From the IMG/VR virus record IMGVR_UViG_3300044821_000127, positions 3,361 through 67,360 of that record: a DNA stretch of 64,000 nucleotides; one strand, given 5' to 3'. The DNA is from a virus. Below the pieces are notes generated by a model. That model was not told the DNA's origin. It did not search any database and was given only the letters and a program-made list of their open reading frames with translations. Every line of letters begins with the position of its first letter. The stretch's first letter is position 1. The position numbers and the translations under genes were made by a program. Positions 48,838-58,128 of this stretch are shown here, one piece after another.

Positions 48838-49256
48838 GATGGAAGAATCAACCCGCCGGAAGATTTACGATATTGGGTTGGAACGGTAGATTCGTCAGGG
48901 AGGATAGCACCACGCTTACCGGTAGCATTTGTTTCTAGATTTTTACAGTAGACGAAGGTGGTGCAAAGAGTTTCGGCAAGGGTGATAAAAAGCTTTCTGG
49001 GAGAAAAGACCCGAAGCCAATTGCCGGAACGTTTGTGAACTTCTTCCATGAAAAGGCCGACTTGAAACCAACGGGAATCTTCGCGCCAAAAGCCGATTTG
49101 GCGGCAGGCGCCTTCTATTAGTTTGAGTTCGGCGCGAAGCTTGTTGTAGGTTGGACCTCGGACTGGAAGTTCGGCGAGAAGGCGGCAATTGATTGTGGCG
49201 GATTTTAGGTTAGAGTAGAGACAGTCCAGGATTTCACGTTCGGTTAGGTCAGACAT
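48834..49256 (-). CDS. hypothetical protein
   Basis: GGGAG RBS; ends SGGLILPS. Confidence 0.65.
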   Translation of the reverse strand: MSDLTEREILDCLYSNLKSATINCRLLAELPVRGPTYNKLRAELKLIEGACRQIGFWREDSRWFQVGLFMEEVHKRSGNWLRVFSPRKLFITLAETLCTTFVYCKNLETNATGKRGAILPDESTVPTQYRKSSGGLILPS

Positions 49257-49581
49257 CTTTTAAAGCTCCCTTTATTAGCCCAACAAGTTCCTTTTCTCTT
49301 GCATGATATCTACTAAATTTCACTTCAATAATTGTACCATCAGATAGTGGAATTAAGTATCCTTTCGAAATTTTAGCATAATCAACAGGAACAAATTCTG
49401 GAATAGGCTTAATTCGATTACCATAAGCATCAATTAATTATAGTTTCTTTAGCCTAGAACTAATTGCGCCTTCAGTTCGTCTATGTAAAGCTGCAATTCT
49501 TGAGAAGTAAACGTTTTCCTTAAATTCATTATATAAACGTAGTTCCTCCTCTTCCGTCCAGGGTTTATATGAGTTAATCAC
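49249..49581 (-). pseudogene. Myb/GcrA-like HTH gene interrupted by in-frame TAA (49438-49440)
   Basis: KPWTEEEELRL..IAALHRRTEGAISSRLKKL*LIDAYGN...; frame stays open to 49249. Confidence 0.55.
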
Positions 49582-49798
49582 TTTATCGCCCTTTTCTTAT
49601 GGCCGTCGCGGGCCGCAAGCGGCCCACTCTTCAGGTGTTTTTCCAAACGAAGTGAAGGGCCACCGCAAAATAGTTAGTAATTCTCTCATCTAAAGTAAAA
49701 GGAGTCTGCATAATAAACACAGACTCCTTCTTCACTTGCGTTTGGCAGAAGTAAAACTTCTGACGGTCATCGGGCACCACCCCTGTACCGTGAGGCCC

Positions 49799-49826
49799 AT
49801 TATATATGAAGGGTTAGGCTTGTCAA
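49799..49826 (-). promoter_or_regulatory. sigma70 promoter inside late operon
   Basis: TTGACA-N16-TATAAT. Confidence 0.6.
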
Positions 49827-49831
49827 GCACT

Positions 49832-50017
49832 TTACGCACTTCCCATTGGAATAGCGATCAACAACGAAAAGGCCAAAGCCGCCGTAAACTCATTCGCAAA
49901 AGGTCCGCTAACTTCTTTAAATTCCTCAAACTCATTACTATAATTAACGTCAGTATGAAGAACTATTGTTCTATCTTGGCCGAGTTCATATCTTACTGAA
50001 ACTTCTTGAATCATCAT
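49832..50017 (-). CDS. small hypothetical protein
   Basis: Overlaps portal stop codon. Confidence 0.4.
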   Translation of the reverse strand: MMIQEVSVRYELGQDRTIVLHTDVNYSNEFEEFKEVSGPFANEFTAALAFSLLIAIPMGSA

Positions 50018-51828
50018 TGCCCGCCTCCCGCGCCACCGATTATATCACCTAATGCATTACCTGGGCCTGTGTTGGATTGGCTGAGAGTTTTGGCGGCATT
50101 TACTCCCGCCATGGTAGTTGCCATTTGTTGTTGTTGCTGGGATTGTTTCGCCCGCTCAAGATCATGCTTGGCAATTTCTTGATCGGTGAAGAGAGCCACG
50201 GATGGGAAATTGCTGAGTTTGGCGTAAACTTGCATGGCTTTATCGAGATTGATTACGCGGATTGGGTCGGGAACTCCGGCAGCTTTGGCGGCGGCCGAAA
50301 GCGCCCCAGCAGTTTGAAGAGTATCTTTCATTGCCACGGTTTCGGCGGCAATTTGAGCCAATTTTAGAATTGATTTGTATTGGATTTTGATTGGGGCTTT
50401 TCCGAGTGAGGCGGGCTTGGGCGCCAACAAACCTCTCCGTTCCAGAATTGCAAGGACTCGGCGGATGGCGGGGTCGGCACATTCAGTTTCGAATAACTCA
50501 ATGAAGGGGCCAAGAACTTGAAGCCGCTCAAGATCCCGTTTAGTAAGTTCCAACTCGTTGCGAGGCTGAACACCTTCCATGCGAGAGATAGCAAGGAAGA
50601 CGTCAACAAAAAAGCAGCGTTCAATTCGGGCGGATATTTTTTCAATGTCGGCCACCATGGGGGCTAGGCTAGTGGCATTTACTTCGAACAAGGGCCAGAA
50701 ACCCTTTTTGCCACCTTCGGTAGAGACGTAGGTAATTTTATCGGGGATGATACTGCTGGGTTCGTTCTTTAGTTCTGGGTTGGCGCCCATCGGGGGCCGG
50801 ACAAGTTTTTCAATAAATTCGGCCTTACGGCGGGTTTCTTGCTGGAGTTGCTTAATATCTCCGAGGGCATCCATACCGGGGGAACGGCCGTAAGCATCAT
50901 TACTTACTGTACTCCACCGCATGGCAATGAATGGGCGCTCATGGAAACCCTTACGGGAAAGTTCGGCACTGGTTTTAATTCCCTTAAGCCAATATACTTC
51001 TCGAAAGGTGAAGGATTGGGGAATTACGGAAATTTTCTTATTTGCCCCCCGGCCATCAAGGGCGAAGTTGGGCTCGATAGCATGGCAAACAACAAATTCT
51101 AGTTCAAGGCTGGCGCCGCCCGCCGTCCAAAGTTTTACTACTTGCTCTGGGCAATTTTCAAGGGTGACCCAATCTACAATCTGTGCGACGGTAAGGGTGT
51201 ATTCGCGATAAAGAGTGTCCACACTGAGGCGCCCGCCGACAGCAAGATAAAATTCCCCCGCACAGGGAGAATAACACCGAATGATATCTTCATAGTCTTC
51301 ATAGATAATGACGGGGGCTGTGCCGAAGGTACTCACATCCTGAAAGCCCTGGGCCAATACGGTGTAGAAGTTACTGCCATGTAGTACCTTATAGACCTTT
51401 CCCTGAGTATCCTCTACCCATTCTTTTTCTTCTTGGGAAAGATCATCATCGTCTTTGTCTTGAATTCCGAGGGCAAACCAAGGACGAGATGGGGAAGTAA
51501 GCCCGGTCCACATGCCACTAGCACAGACTTGCATGGCAAGAGTAGCAGTGCCGTCCATGATCGCTTGGTTGATCGGGCTTCCGCGTGTCATCTTATTAGC
51601 CACAACAAACCAATGATAACGACGGGGAAGGATAAATTCCGCAAGCTGTGCCCAGTAAGCCCACCAGGAATAGCGCCAAGTACGGAGCATTCCTAAGCGG
51701 GATTCTAGGTAAGTGAAGATGTCGCCCCAATCTTTTCCTTGTTTCTCATCTCCCGAAAGGGTCGGGGGCTGTTGGGAAAGTAGCGAAGGCCCGGCAAACT
51801 CATATGGGGCGGTGGAATAGTCTTCCAT
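50014..51828 (-). CDS. portal (head-tail connector) protein, Bbp21/T7 gp8-type
   Basis: LAEFILP..DGTA..SG...GLTSPSRPWF..FGTA..RW....YGRSPGMDALGDIKQLQ..LGP. Confidence 0.9.
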   Translation of the reverse strand: MEDYSTAPYEFAGPSLLSQQPPTLSGDEKQGKDWGDIFTYLESRLGMLRTWRYSWWAYWAQLAEFILPRRYHWFVVANKMTRGSPINQAIMDGTATLAMQVCASGMWTGLTSPSRPWFALGIQDKDDDDLSQEEKEWVEDTQGKVYKVLHGSNFYTVLAQGFQDVSTFGTAPVIIYEDYEDIIRCYSPCAGEFYLAVGGRLSVDTLYREYTLTVAQIVDWVTLENCPEQVVKLWTAGGASLELEFVVCHAIEPNFALDGRGANKKISVIPQSFTFREVYWLKGIKTSAELSRKGFHERPFIAMRWSTVSNDAYGRSPGMDALGDIKQLQQETRRKAEFIEKLVRPPMGANPELKNEPSSIIPDKITYVSTEGGKKGFWPLFEVNATSLAPMVADIEKISARIERCFFVDVFLAISRMEGVQPRNELELTKRDLERLQVLGPFIELFETECADPAIRRVLAILERRGLLAPKPASLGKAPIKIQYKSILKLAQIAAETVAMKDTLQTAGALSAAAKAAGVPDPIRVINLDKAMQVYAKLSNFPSVALFTDQEIAKHDLERAKQSQQQQQMATTMAGVNAAKTLSQSNTGPGNALGDIIGGAGGGQ

Positions 51829-52043
51829 TATGACCCCAGTAATTGTTTGAGGGCGGTATTGGGTGCGGGGGCACCTTGTGGACTGGATTGGAGAGTACCG
51901 GCGAAGCCCATCCCACCTGCGGCAGCAGCGGCAGCTTGGCGAGCGGCAGCGCCCGCATCTTGCACGCTAGAACTGGCAAAGGTTGCCGGATTAGGCGGAG
52001 GCGGCGGCGGAGCGGGCGCGGAAGGAGTACCACCAAAGCTCAT
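51828..52043 (-). CDS. small Pro/Ala-rich pre-portal virion protein
   Basis: MSFGG..PPPPPP..GF.GTL....K.LLG. Confidence 0.7.
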   Translation of the reverse strand: MSFGGTPSAPAPPPPPPNPATFASSSVQDAGAAARQAAAAAAGGMGFAGTLQSSPQGAPAPNTALKQLLGS

Positions 52044-54527
52044 TTAATTCACCGTATCATTATAATGATAATGACCCTCATTGATTTTAGCGAAGGGGTC
52101 GTATTCAGTAGTATGACGAGAGAGCCGATTAACTCGCTGGGAAATTGTAACTGGTTCGGCAAAGGTTTGGATGAAGGCATCGGCATGATCCGGGGAGTAG
52201 CGGAGCTTCTCCTTAATCATTTCCTTTGGTTCGATAAGAAGAATTCCGTTCTTGATGGTGTAAGTTGTGGCGGTGAGGGCTTCTTCTAGTTCCTTACATT
52301 CTGGTAGCGCCCCGCCGGCCTTAATCCATTCTACTGCATCGTAGTACATTTCGGCGCGCTTATTACCGAACTTACCGGGGTCATGGGCTTTACGGGCGTA
52401 ACCTACGCCGATCGGCGAGCGCCCCAATACTTTAAGCTGATCGATCCAACCGCTGCCAAAACCGCCCGTATCATCAATAAATACCGCATCGGCATTAAGT
52501 GCCAGCCATTCCCGGTTAACCCAACTGGCGCCCTCGGTAGAATTAATATTTCTCATTGTTTTTGGGGGAAAGGCCTGAATTCCGCGCCGTGGGAAAATTA
52601 CTGAGCTATCAAGGCCATACCGCGCCACATCTACTCCCAGAATCATCGGAGCTTTGCCGATTTCATATTCCCGATAATATCTATTAGTTGCTTCTCTTAT
52701 TTCTTCCGGCCCGATAAGGGCGTTAATGCTGGAAAGTGGGAATTGCCCGAGAATATTAATCATGACCCAAGCATCGTCTCGACCATATCTTGCAATTTCA
52801 GTTTTTGCATGATCAAGATTGATACGGGACGAACGCTTGGGATCATCGGGGTCGCCGGTAATTTCCACTACGTACCAAAGATGGCGTTCGGAAGTACAAG
52901 CACGGTAGAGCGGCCCTTCGCGCATGGTGGGGTTTCCGGCCTGGATTACGTGGCCTTCAATGCAGGAGGTTAGGATTTGTTCGGCGGTAGTAACAATAGC
53001 GTCGGGGATACCGCTAGATTCGTCAAGAAGTACCATTACGTAATCTTCATGAAGCCCGGCAAGGGTATCCGACTGTTGTTGCTTATCGGCCGTCTTACTC
53101 CAAGTGCGCGCCGACATCCACCAAATTTCGGGGTGTTCTTTCTGTTCAATTCTGGTCTTTGTCCAGGTAAACATGTTGGTAAGAAGTTCGGACTTATGTT
53201 GCCACTTTGCCATTTCTGACCAGAAGTTATCGGAAAGGTTGTTGGCGGAAATTGATGTGGCGGCAATACGGGGGAATGGGCGGGTTAGGAGGAAGTTCCA
53301 GGCAATCCAAGAAAGACAGGCCGTATTGTGTGTAACAATAAAATCTCTCGTAAGATAACAGTGTGAAGGATGATCTATCTCAACACACATCGCATCCTCA
53401 ATTCCATCAGGCTCAATTGAGGCAATAAATCTAGTAAGATATCTTTCAGTACTTTTACTTCTTTTAGGATCAACCCATCGAACTGCCTTATGATTAACTT
53501 TAAATGGATTAAATGTCAGCCGAAGTGAAACTCTATAACAATCTTTACAAACTATTTTTTCTCCATTCTCATTCCGATACCATCCACTTTTTATCCCAGA
53601 CTTAATTAAAGCAATTCCACCTAAAGAACGCACTAACCAAACTACATCATTAGCTAGAGCTTCAGATGTAGTATCATACTCCATACTGGAATCATCACAA
53701 ATACATCCATCTGTGTCCATTAGTCCGCAAAGAAGATCTTGTCTTTGGGAAATAGATGAATGGAGATAAGAATAAGGGATTCGACGTTCATGGCTATTAA
53801 GGTTTAGTATTGGACTATTTTTAAAAATATCTGACATACCTAAAAGGTAAACATTTGTAGTTCTTGTCTCAGACTCATGTCTTGTAACTTTATACCCTCT
53901 TCGCACAATTTCTTTTTCAATTTCATCATATTCTTGAGTATATTTCGGCTGACCTTTAGTTCCGTCTCCAAGCCAAACTCCCATAAGATATGGATCAATT
54001 ATTAAGTTAGCATTAGGATATTGAACTGCTCCTTGTTGCGGAATAATAAATTGCTTCTGCCGCCACTTTCCATTAGGAATAGTTACCCCGCGATTAATGA
54101 TTTCTTGTGTTGATAAAACTGCCCATCCAAGATTTTTTCTTCTTTCAGTTCTTCCTTGAACTTTCCAAAGATGTTCCGCCCCAACTCTTGCAAATGAACC
54201 ATCATCAAATGTAACTTTATAAATTTGTTTTTGTAAATGTTTGTAAATACCTACTATTTTTGTGTAACTTCCATCCTCAGCAAAAAGATAATCACCAAGA
54301 TAAAGATCGCCCCATCGTTTTGTTCCAACTGGAGTTTCAACAATTGTTGACATTGCCTCCATTTTTCCCGGCCCCTTACAGGCCTTTGCGGCAATACGAA
54401 GTTTATGCGGATATGCCTCTAGCATTTCCTCTTGCCAAGGATCGGGCTCAACGCCGAAAAGCTCCCGAACCATCTTAGCTGGGTGCTCCCTCCATTCAGT
54501 TACTTTTGAAATAGCAAGTTCACTCAT
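52044..54527 (-). CDS. terL: terminase large subunit with intein
   Basis: Walker A GPGK|T split by intein, LAGLH, DESSGI, GNPT, LGVDVARYG.D, SPDHADA. Confidence 0.92.
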   Translation of the reverse strand: MSELAISKVTEWREHPAKMVRELFGVEPDPWQEEMLEAYPHKLRIAAKACKGPGKMEAMSTIVETPVGTKRWGDLYLGDYLFAEDGSYTKIVGIYKHLQKQIYKVTFDDGSFARVGAEHLWKVQGRTERRKNLGWAVLSTQEIINRGVTIPNGKWRQKQFIIPQQGAVQYPNANLIIDPYLMGVWLGDGTKGQPKYTQEYDEIEKEIVRRGYKVTRHESETRTTNVYLLGMSDIFKNSPILNLNSHERRIPYSYLHSSISQRQDLLCGLMDTDGCICDDSSMEYDTTSEALANDVVWLVRSLGGIALIKSGIKSGWYRNENGEKIVCKDCYRVSLRLTFNPFKVNHKAVRWVDPKRSKSTERYLTRFIASIEPDGIEDAMCVEIDHPSHCYLTRDFIVTHNTACLSWIAWNFLLTRPFPRIAATSISANNLSDNFWSEMAKWQHKSELLTNMFTWTKTRIEQKEHPEIWWMSARTWSKTADKQQQSDTLAGLHEDYVMVLLDESSGIPDAIVTTAEQILTSCIEGHVIQAGNPTMREGPLYRACTSERHLWYVVEITGDPDDPKRSSRINLDHAKTEIARYGRDDAWVMINILGQFPLSSINALIGPEEIREATNRYYREYEIGKAPMILGVDVARYGLDSSVIFPRRGIQAFPPKTMRNINSTEGASWVNREWLALNADAVFIDDTGGFGSGWIDQLKVLGRSPIGVGYARKAHDPGKFGNKRAEMYYDAVEWIKAGGALPECKELEEALTATTYTIKNGILLIEPKEMIKEKLRYSPDHADAFIQTFAEPVTISQRVNRLSRHTTEYDPFAKINEGHYHYNDTVN
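53325..54362 (-). mobile_element. intein (class 3 type) with LAGLIDADG homing endonuclease
   Basis: Starts at Met after GPGK; block B HLW; YLMGVWLGDG and LCGLMDTDG; block F AMCVE; ends VTHN|T; AT-rich relative to exteins. Confidence 0.88.
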
Positions 54528-55123
54528 TCGGCTGCATTTTCTATAGTTTTTGGCGGATTGGCCTTTTTAATGCTTTCTTCTACGATATTTGCCCAAGAAA
54601 GGGTGACATTTTGGTCAATCTTTGTCGTATTTTTCTTCGGCGCAATGCTACGATCGCCGGTTTCGGAAATAATCTCATTCAATTCCCTTACTGAAATGCC
54701 CTCTGGGTTTTCTTCCAACCTTTCTTGTAAAATTTCAGTAGCTGTGATACAAAGCGCCGCAAGTCTTTCTTGTGCATCGACAAAAACTGCGTCCTTTTGA
54801 TTCTTATAATTCGCCACAAGTTCCAAAAACCCCGGATCTTGCATGAAGGTGGAAATTCTGCTTTGTGAATATCCGGTAATAAGACTTGCATCTACTTGCT
54901 TCATGCCGGAAGCAATAAGTTGTGCTAACCGGTGATGGGTACTGCGCAACTTTTGTGTCATTAGTGGCTTGGAATTTACTGAGGATGGGTGAATTAGTTC
55001 GGAAAGATCGGCCTCGGTGAGTTCTCTGGGCGTGCCGATAGTAAGAGGAGCGGACGGCCGGCGCCCGCCGCGAGCCGGGGAAATTTTTGCAGACATGATT
55101 GCGAGAAGTTCTGAATCGTCCAT
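54524..55123 (-). CDS. terS: terminase small subunit-like HTH protein
   Basis: Directly upstream of terL; HTH-like HHRLAQLIASGM..TGYSQSRIS..DPGF; TATACT 6 nt before ATG suggests a leaderless mRNA. Confidence 0.65.
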   Translation of the reverse strand: MDDSELLAIMSAKISPARGGRRPSAPLTIGTPRELTEADLSELIHPSSVNSKPLMTQKLRSTHHRLAQLIASGMKQVDASLITGYSQSRISTFMQDPGFLELVANYKNQKDAVFVDAQERLAALCITATEILQERLEENPEGISVRELNEIISETGDRSIAPKKNTTKIDQNVTLSWANIVEESIKKANPPKTIENAAE

Positions 55124-55390
55124 GTGAGCAGTATAGTATATAAAGCGTAGGGGTACAACGGAATGTGTGGGACAGAGGTGAAAAATCCATGGGTTGTAGT
55201 GGGCGTAAGTGGGCCTCACGATGGATTTTAGGCCAGAAAATTCCCCCACGCAAACTTCTACCCCATGCCGCTCAGTAGTTCAAATTTTGGCGGCCCACTC
55301 ATCTTTTTAATTTTTCTAAAAAATTTCCGAAAAAGAAAAAGAAAGGCCCATTACCTTTGAAAATAGCATTGACATGAGAGGATGGAGATA

Positions 55391-55415
55391 CGTACCCCCA
55401 TACCCGTACCCCCAT
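55391..55415. repeat. tandem CGTACCCCCAT x2 (third GTACCCCCAT at 56299-56308)
   Basis: Seen directly upstream of terS. Confidence 0.7.
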
Positions 55416-55854
55416 CACAGCGAAGTCGGTTTTGGGCCAAGCTGTAGGAAAAGGAATTCCTTACTTGCGTTGAGAAAAAAGATTGGGAGGAATGGTCGGG
55501 CGGGCGAGTGTTGGTGGTTGGGAGGGTGAGGATAGTAGTTTGGGCGTGGTCGGGCGTCGGATGGTGTTGACAAGGGAATGTAGTAAATTCAATAACTTAT
55601 CCAAATAGTTTCCAATTGAGCACATTGCTAGAAGTGGTTGATATTATTGGGGAATATTTTTAATTTATCGGGCGATCATTCTGGAGTAAACGGGGTGGCC
55701 GGTAGGTCTATGGCCCTGGGGGAGTAATTGGCCTGTACGGGGCTAGAAACGCGATTGCGGGGCTATTGGTTTTGGGCGGAATGGAGTTGTGTGAGGCTAA
55801 AGGGCCTCCGGCGGACGGCGGGAGATTTACTGGAAATTTGTGTGAATTACTGAG

Positions 55855-55880
55855 AAAAGAAAGGGGGCAATCGCCCCCTT
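55855..55880 (-). terminator. rho-independent terminator
   Basis: AAGGGGGC/GCCCCCTT hairpin followed by a T-run on the - strand, after ORF 55886-56107. Confidence 0.7.
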
Positions 55881-55885
55881 ATAAT

Positions 55886-56107
55886 TTATTCGGAAAAACT
55901 GTGCTGCTTATTTAGTTCAATGACCGCATCCCAAAGATCGCCAGACCAATTGATTATTCCGTTCCATTCGCAATACCATTTAAAAATTTCCATTGGCGTG
56001 GCGAGGGTTAATGCGGCCTCGACCGAAGCAAATCCTTTCAGATTGTTGTCAGTCAGATAGTTTGTAACATCGCGCAAAACTCGCGCGGGAATTTTCTCAA
56101 ACACCAT
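55886..56107 (-). CDS. hypothetical protein
   Basis: GGAGG RBS before MVFEKIP. Confidence 0.65.
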   Translation of the reverse strand: MVFEKIPARVLRDVTNYLTDNNLKGFASVEAALTLATPMEIFKWYCEWNGIINWSGDLWDAVIELNKQHSFSE

Positions 56108-56240
56108 GATATTTACCTCCCAACTACCAGAAACCCTTCGGGTGGAATTCGCTCGTCCCCAATAAATAGGTCCAATCCTGGTAGTTGTTAAGCGTGAATT
56201 ACTGGAATTGAAGAACGAACCGGGCACAAGCATGCTTATT

Positions 56241-56519
56241 GGTGAACTTTTCGGCGTGCTGATTGGTTCGGCATACCTTTCAGTATGCCATGTCAGTGGT
56301 ACCCCCATCTTGAAAATAGTTCTTGACTTTCTCAGTTTTCTCGTTTTGTTCTCAATTTTTTTTTTTTTTAGAGAATTTTAAGAGAGCTATGCAAGGACCG
56401 TGCCAAACAAGGCGACTGTGAGAGGAGTATAGGGTACCACTGACAAGGTGCACCTTTCGGTCATCCGAAGCGACAAGTGCACCTTTAGGTATGCTCAATC
56501 AGCACACAAAAAGTGCACC
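56241..56519. repeat. large imperfect inverted repeat
   Basis: TGTCAGTGGTACCC/GGGTACCACTGACA, GCATACCT/AGGTATGC, GTGCTGATTG/CAATCAGCAC, GGTGAACTTT/AAAGTGCACC, in mirrored order. Confidence 0.8.
56390..56405 (-). promoter_or_regulatory. sigma54 (-24/-12) promoter
   Basis: TGGCAC-GGTCC-TTGCA matches the TGGCAC-N5-TTGCW consensus perfectly. Confidence 0.75.
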
Positions 56520-56520
56520 C

Positions 56521-56549
56521 TTGAGCGCCCGCCGCAAGCGCTGTATAAT
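56521..56549 (+). promoter_or_regulatory. sigma70 promoter
   Basis: TTGAGC-N17-TATAAT upstream of ORF 56596. Confidence 0.65.
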
Positions 56550-56595
56550 GCTCCCGCCACCCGCCGCAACTTTTTCAAGTAAATAGGAGAATAAA

Positions 56596-57441
56596 ATGGC
56601 AATAACCAAGGAAATGTTTTTTCAGTGCCTTGAAGAAGGTAAATACGCAAGTGATTTACTTAAGATGATTATTGATGAAACTAGGGAAATGATTTTGAAA
56701 GAAGTGGAATTAGATGAATGGCAGGCTTTCGGCAATTGGATTGTTGCACAAAAGCCGGCCGAAATGACAGAAAGCAAAATTAGATACGAGTTAATGAAAA
56801 GACGTTGGAAGACATTACAAGGGCAACAGCATTTACAAGTGGTGCTTCGGCGGGTTAAGACAGAAAGAAAGATTGAAGCAAAAATAGAAAATACTTTCTT
56901 AATAAGAGAACAAATGGATAGAATGGCCAATAAAAGGGGAATGGAAAGATACGATGATTTGAGTGAAGAAGAAAAAGATAAGATAGCAAGCACAATTGCT
57001 TTAGGCGACTACACGGTTGATTACAAAGCGGAATTAATTTTAAGAATGATCAGAAAAATTATAAGGGAAAAGGATGGAAGCGATCAGGTTACAGTATGCC
57101 CCAATGAAGAAAAGATTAACTTAAATGAGCTAACTATGGAATTGTATCAGTCAAAAACTGAACGAGAAGAAATTATCAACGGGGAAGTCACTTATGACAA
57201 TGAGGAACTAGAGGATAAAGAGTTTTGGAAACGTAAAGCCGATGCAGAAAAACTTATGGAAGCATGGGCATTTACTGATACGGATTATAGGTATTCATCA
57301 ATTTATCAAAGAAAGGATAATAATCTTTGGTATGTTGAGGGAACACAAAATGAAGAGCCTGTCGGAATTTTGACATATAGAAAAATCAGAGAACATCCAA
57401 AACATGTTAGACAAAAAGGTGGAAGTACACGGGGAAGCTGA
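56596..57441 (+). CDS. hypothetical charged protein
   Basis: AGGAG RBS; 281 aa. Confidence 0.75.
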   Translation: MAITKEMFFQCLEEGKYASDLLKMIIDETREMILKEVELDEWQAFGNWIVAQKPAEMTESKIRYELMKRRWKTLQGQQHLQVVLRRVKTERKIEAKIENTFLIREQMDRMANKRGMERYDDLSEEEKDKIASTIALGDYTVDYKAELILRMIRKIIREKDGSDQVTVCPNEEKINLNELTMELYQSKTEREEIINGEVTYDNEELEDKEFWKRKADAEKLMEAWAFTDTDYRYSSIYQRKDNNLWYVEGTQNEEPVGILTYRKIREHPKHVRQKGGSTRGS

Positions 57442-57675
57442 CCGACGCCCTGGTCACGCTTGCCCGGCTGGAAAAGTTCATCAGCGGCAACTATGACGCC
57501 CACGTTGCGGTCCGCTCCGGCGCTGGCTACAAGACTTGCATCTACTTGCTTCATGCCGGAAGCAATGTGAATATCCGGTAATTACATCGAGCGCGCCCCT
57601 GACGATTTCTGGATCGAGCAGGGCGACGACTTCGTGCCGAACCTCGCGGCCTATCCCGATGTGATCGCGTACTGA
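57420..57675 (+). pseudogene. GC-rich gene remnant disrupted by a 52-bp terS-derived insertion
   Basis: Removing 57531-57585 restores ..VRSGAGYIERAPDDFWIEQG..IAY*; no in-frame start. Confidence 0.6.
57531..57582 (+). repeat. circularly permuted 52-bp copy of terS segment 54864-54915
   Basis: 54881-54915 followed by 54864-54880, exact; flanked by TAC/TAC. Confidence 0.92.
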
Positions 57676-57678
57676 GCG

Positions 57679-58128
57679 ATGACCACTCTCTTCGATCTTC
57701 TGGCTCAGGCGTGCGGCCTCTCGCAAAGGGAGGCCGCAGACTTTCTCCGGGTCCGGCTCGACACCATCAAATCCTGGGCCTCCGGTCGGCGTCAGGCGCC
57801 GCAGGACGCGCTGGCGGAACTGGCGACGCTGGCCAATCGGATCGACACGGCCGCCGCCGAAGCGCTGGCGCAGATCGAAAGAATGGCCGCTCAGCATGGT
57901 ATTCCGTCCGAGATCGACCTGGGTGTCGCCGCCGACGATGCCGAAGCCCAAAGCATCGGCTGGCCGTGCGTCGGCGCCCAATGCGCAAGTCTCGGCTTGG
58001 TCGTGGCGCGCGGCACGAAGCGCGGGTATCGTTTCCGCGTGTCGCCGCGCGGATCGACCGTCGCCACGGCTGCCGCGCTCTATTCCGGCGATTGGTCACA
58101 CCCTACATCTAGTGGGTGTGGGTGCTAA
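57679..58128 (+). CDS. XRE-like HTH protein (GC-rich, likely host- or MGE-derived)
   Basis: GLSQREAADFLRVRLDTIKSWASGRR. Confidence 0.75.
   Translation: MTTLFDLLAQACGLSQREAADFLRVRLDTIKSWASGRRQAPQDALAELATLANRIDTAAAEALAQIERMAAQHGIPSEIDLGVAADDAEAQSIGWPCVGAQCASLGLVVARGTKRGYRFRVSPRGSTVATAAALYSGDWSHPTSSGCGC

Noticed and set aside
49438-49440. Genome-wide stop-codon reassignment
   Set aside because: TAA, TAG and TGA all terminate well-defined genes elsewhere, and long genes are uninterrupted in code 11.
21591-53358. Numerous + strand ORFs over the late operon (e.g. 42931-43872, 46614-47441, 25353-26078)
   Set aside because: They are antisense shadows of well-supported - strand genes, with no recognisable motifs.
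57306-57554. ORF starting MKQVDASL as a terS paralog
   Set aside because: The similarity is confined to the 52-bp insert; the rest is antisense to other sequence.
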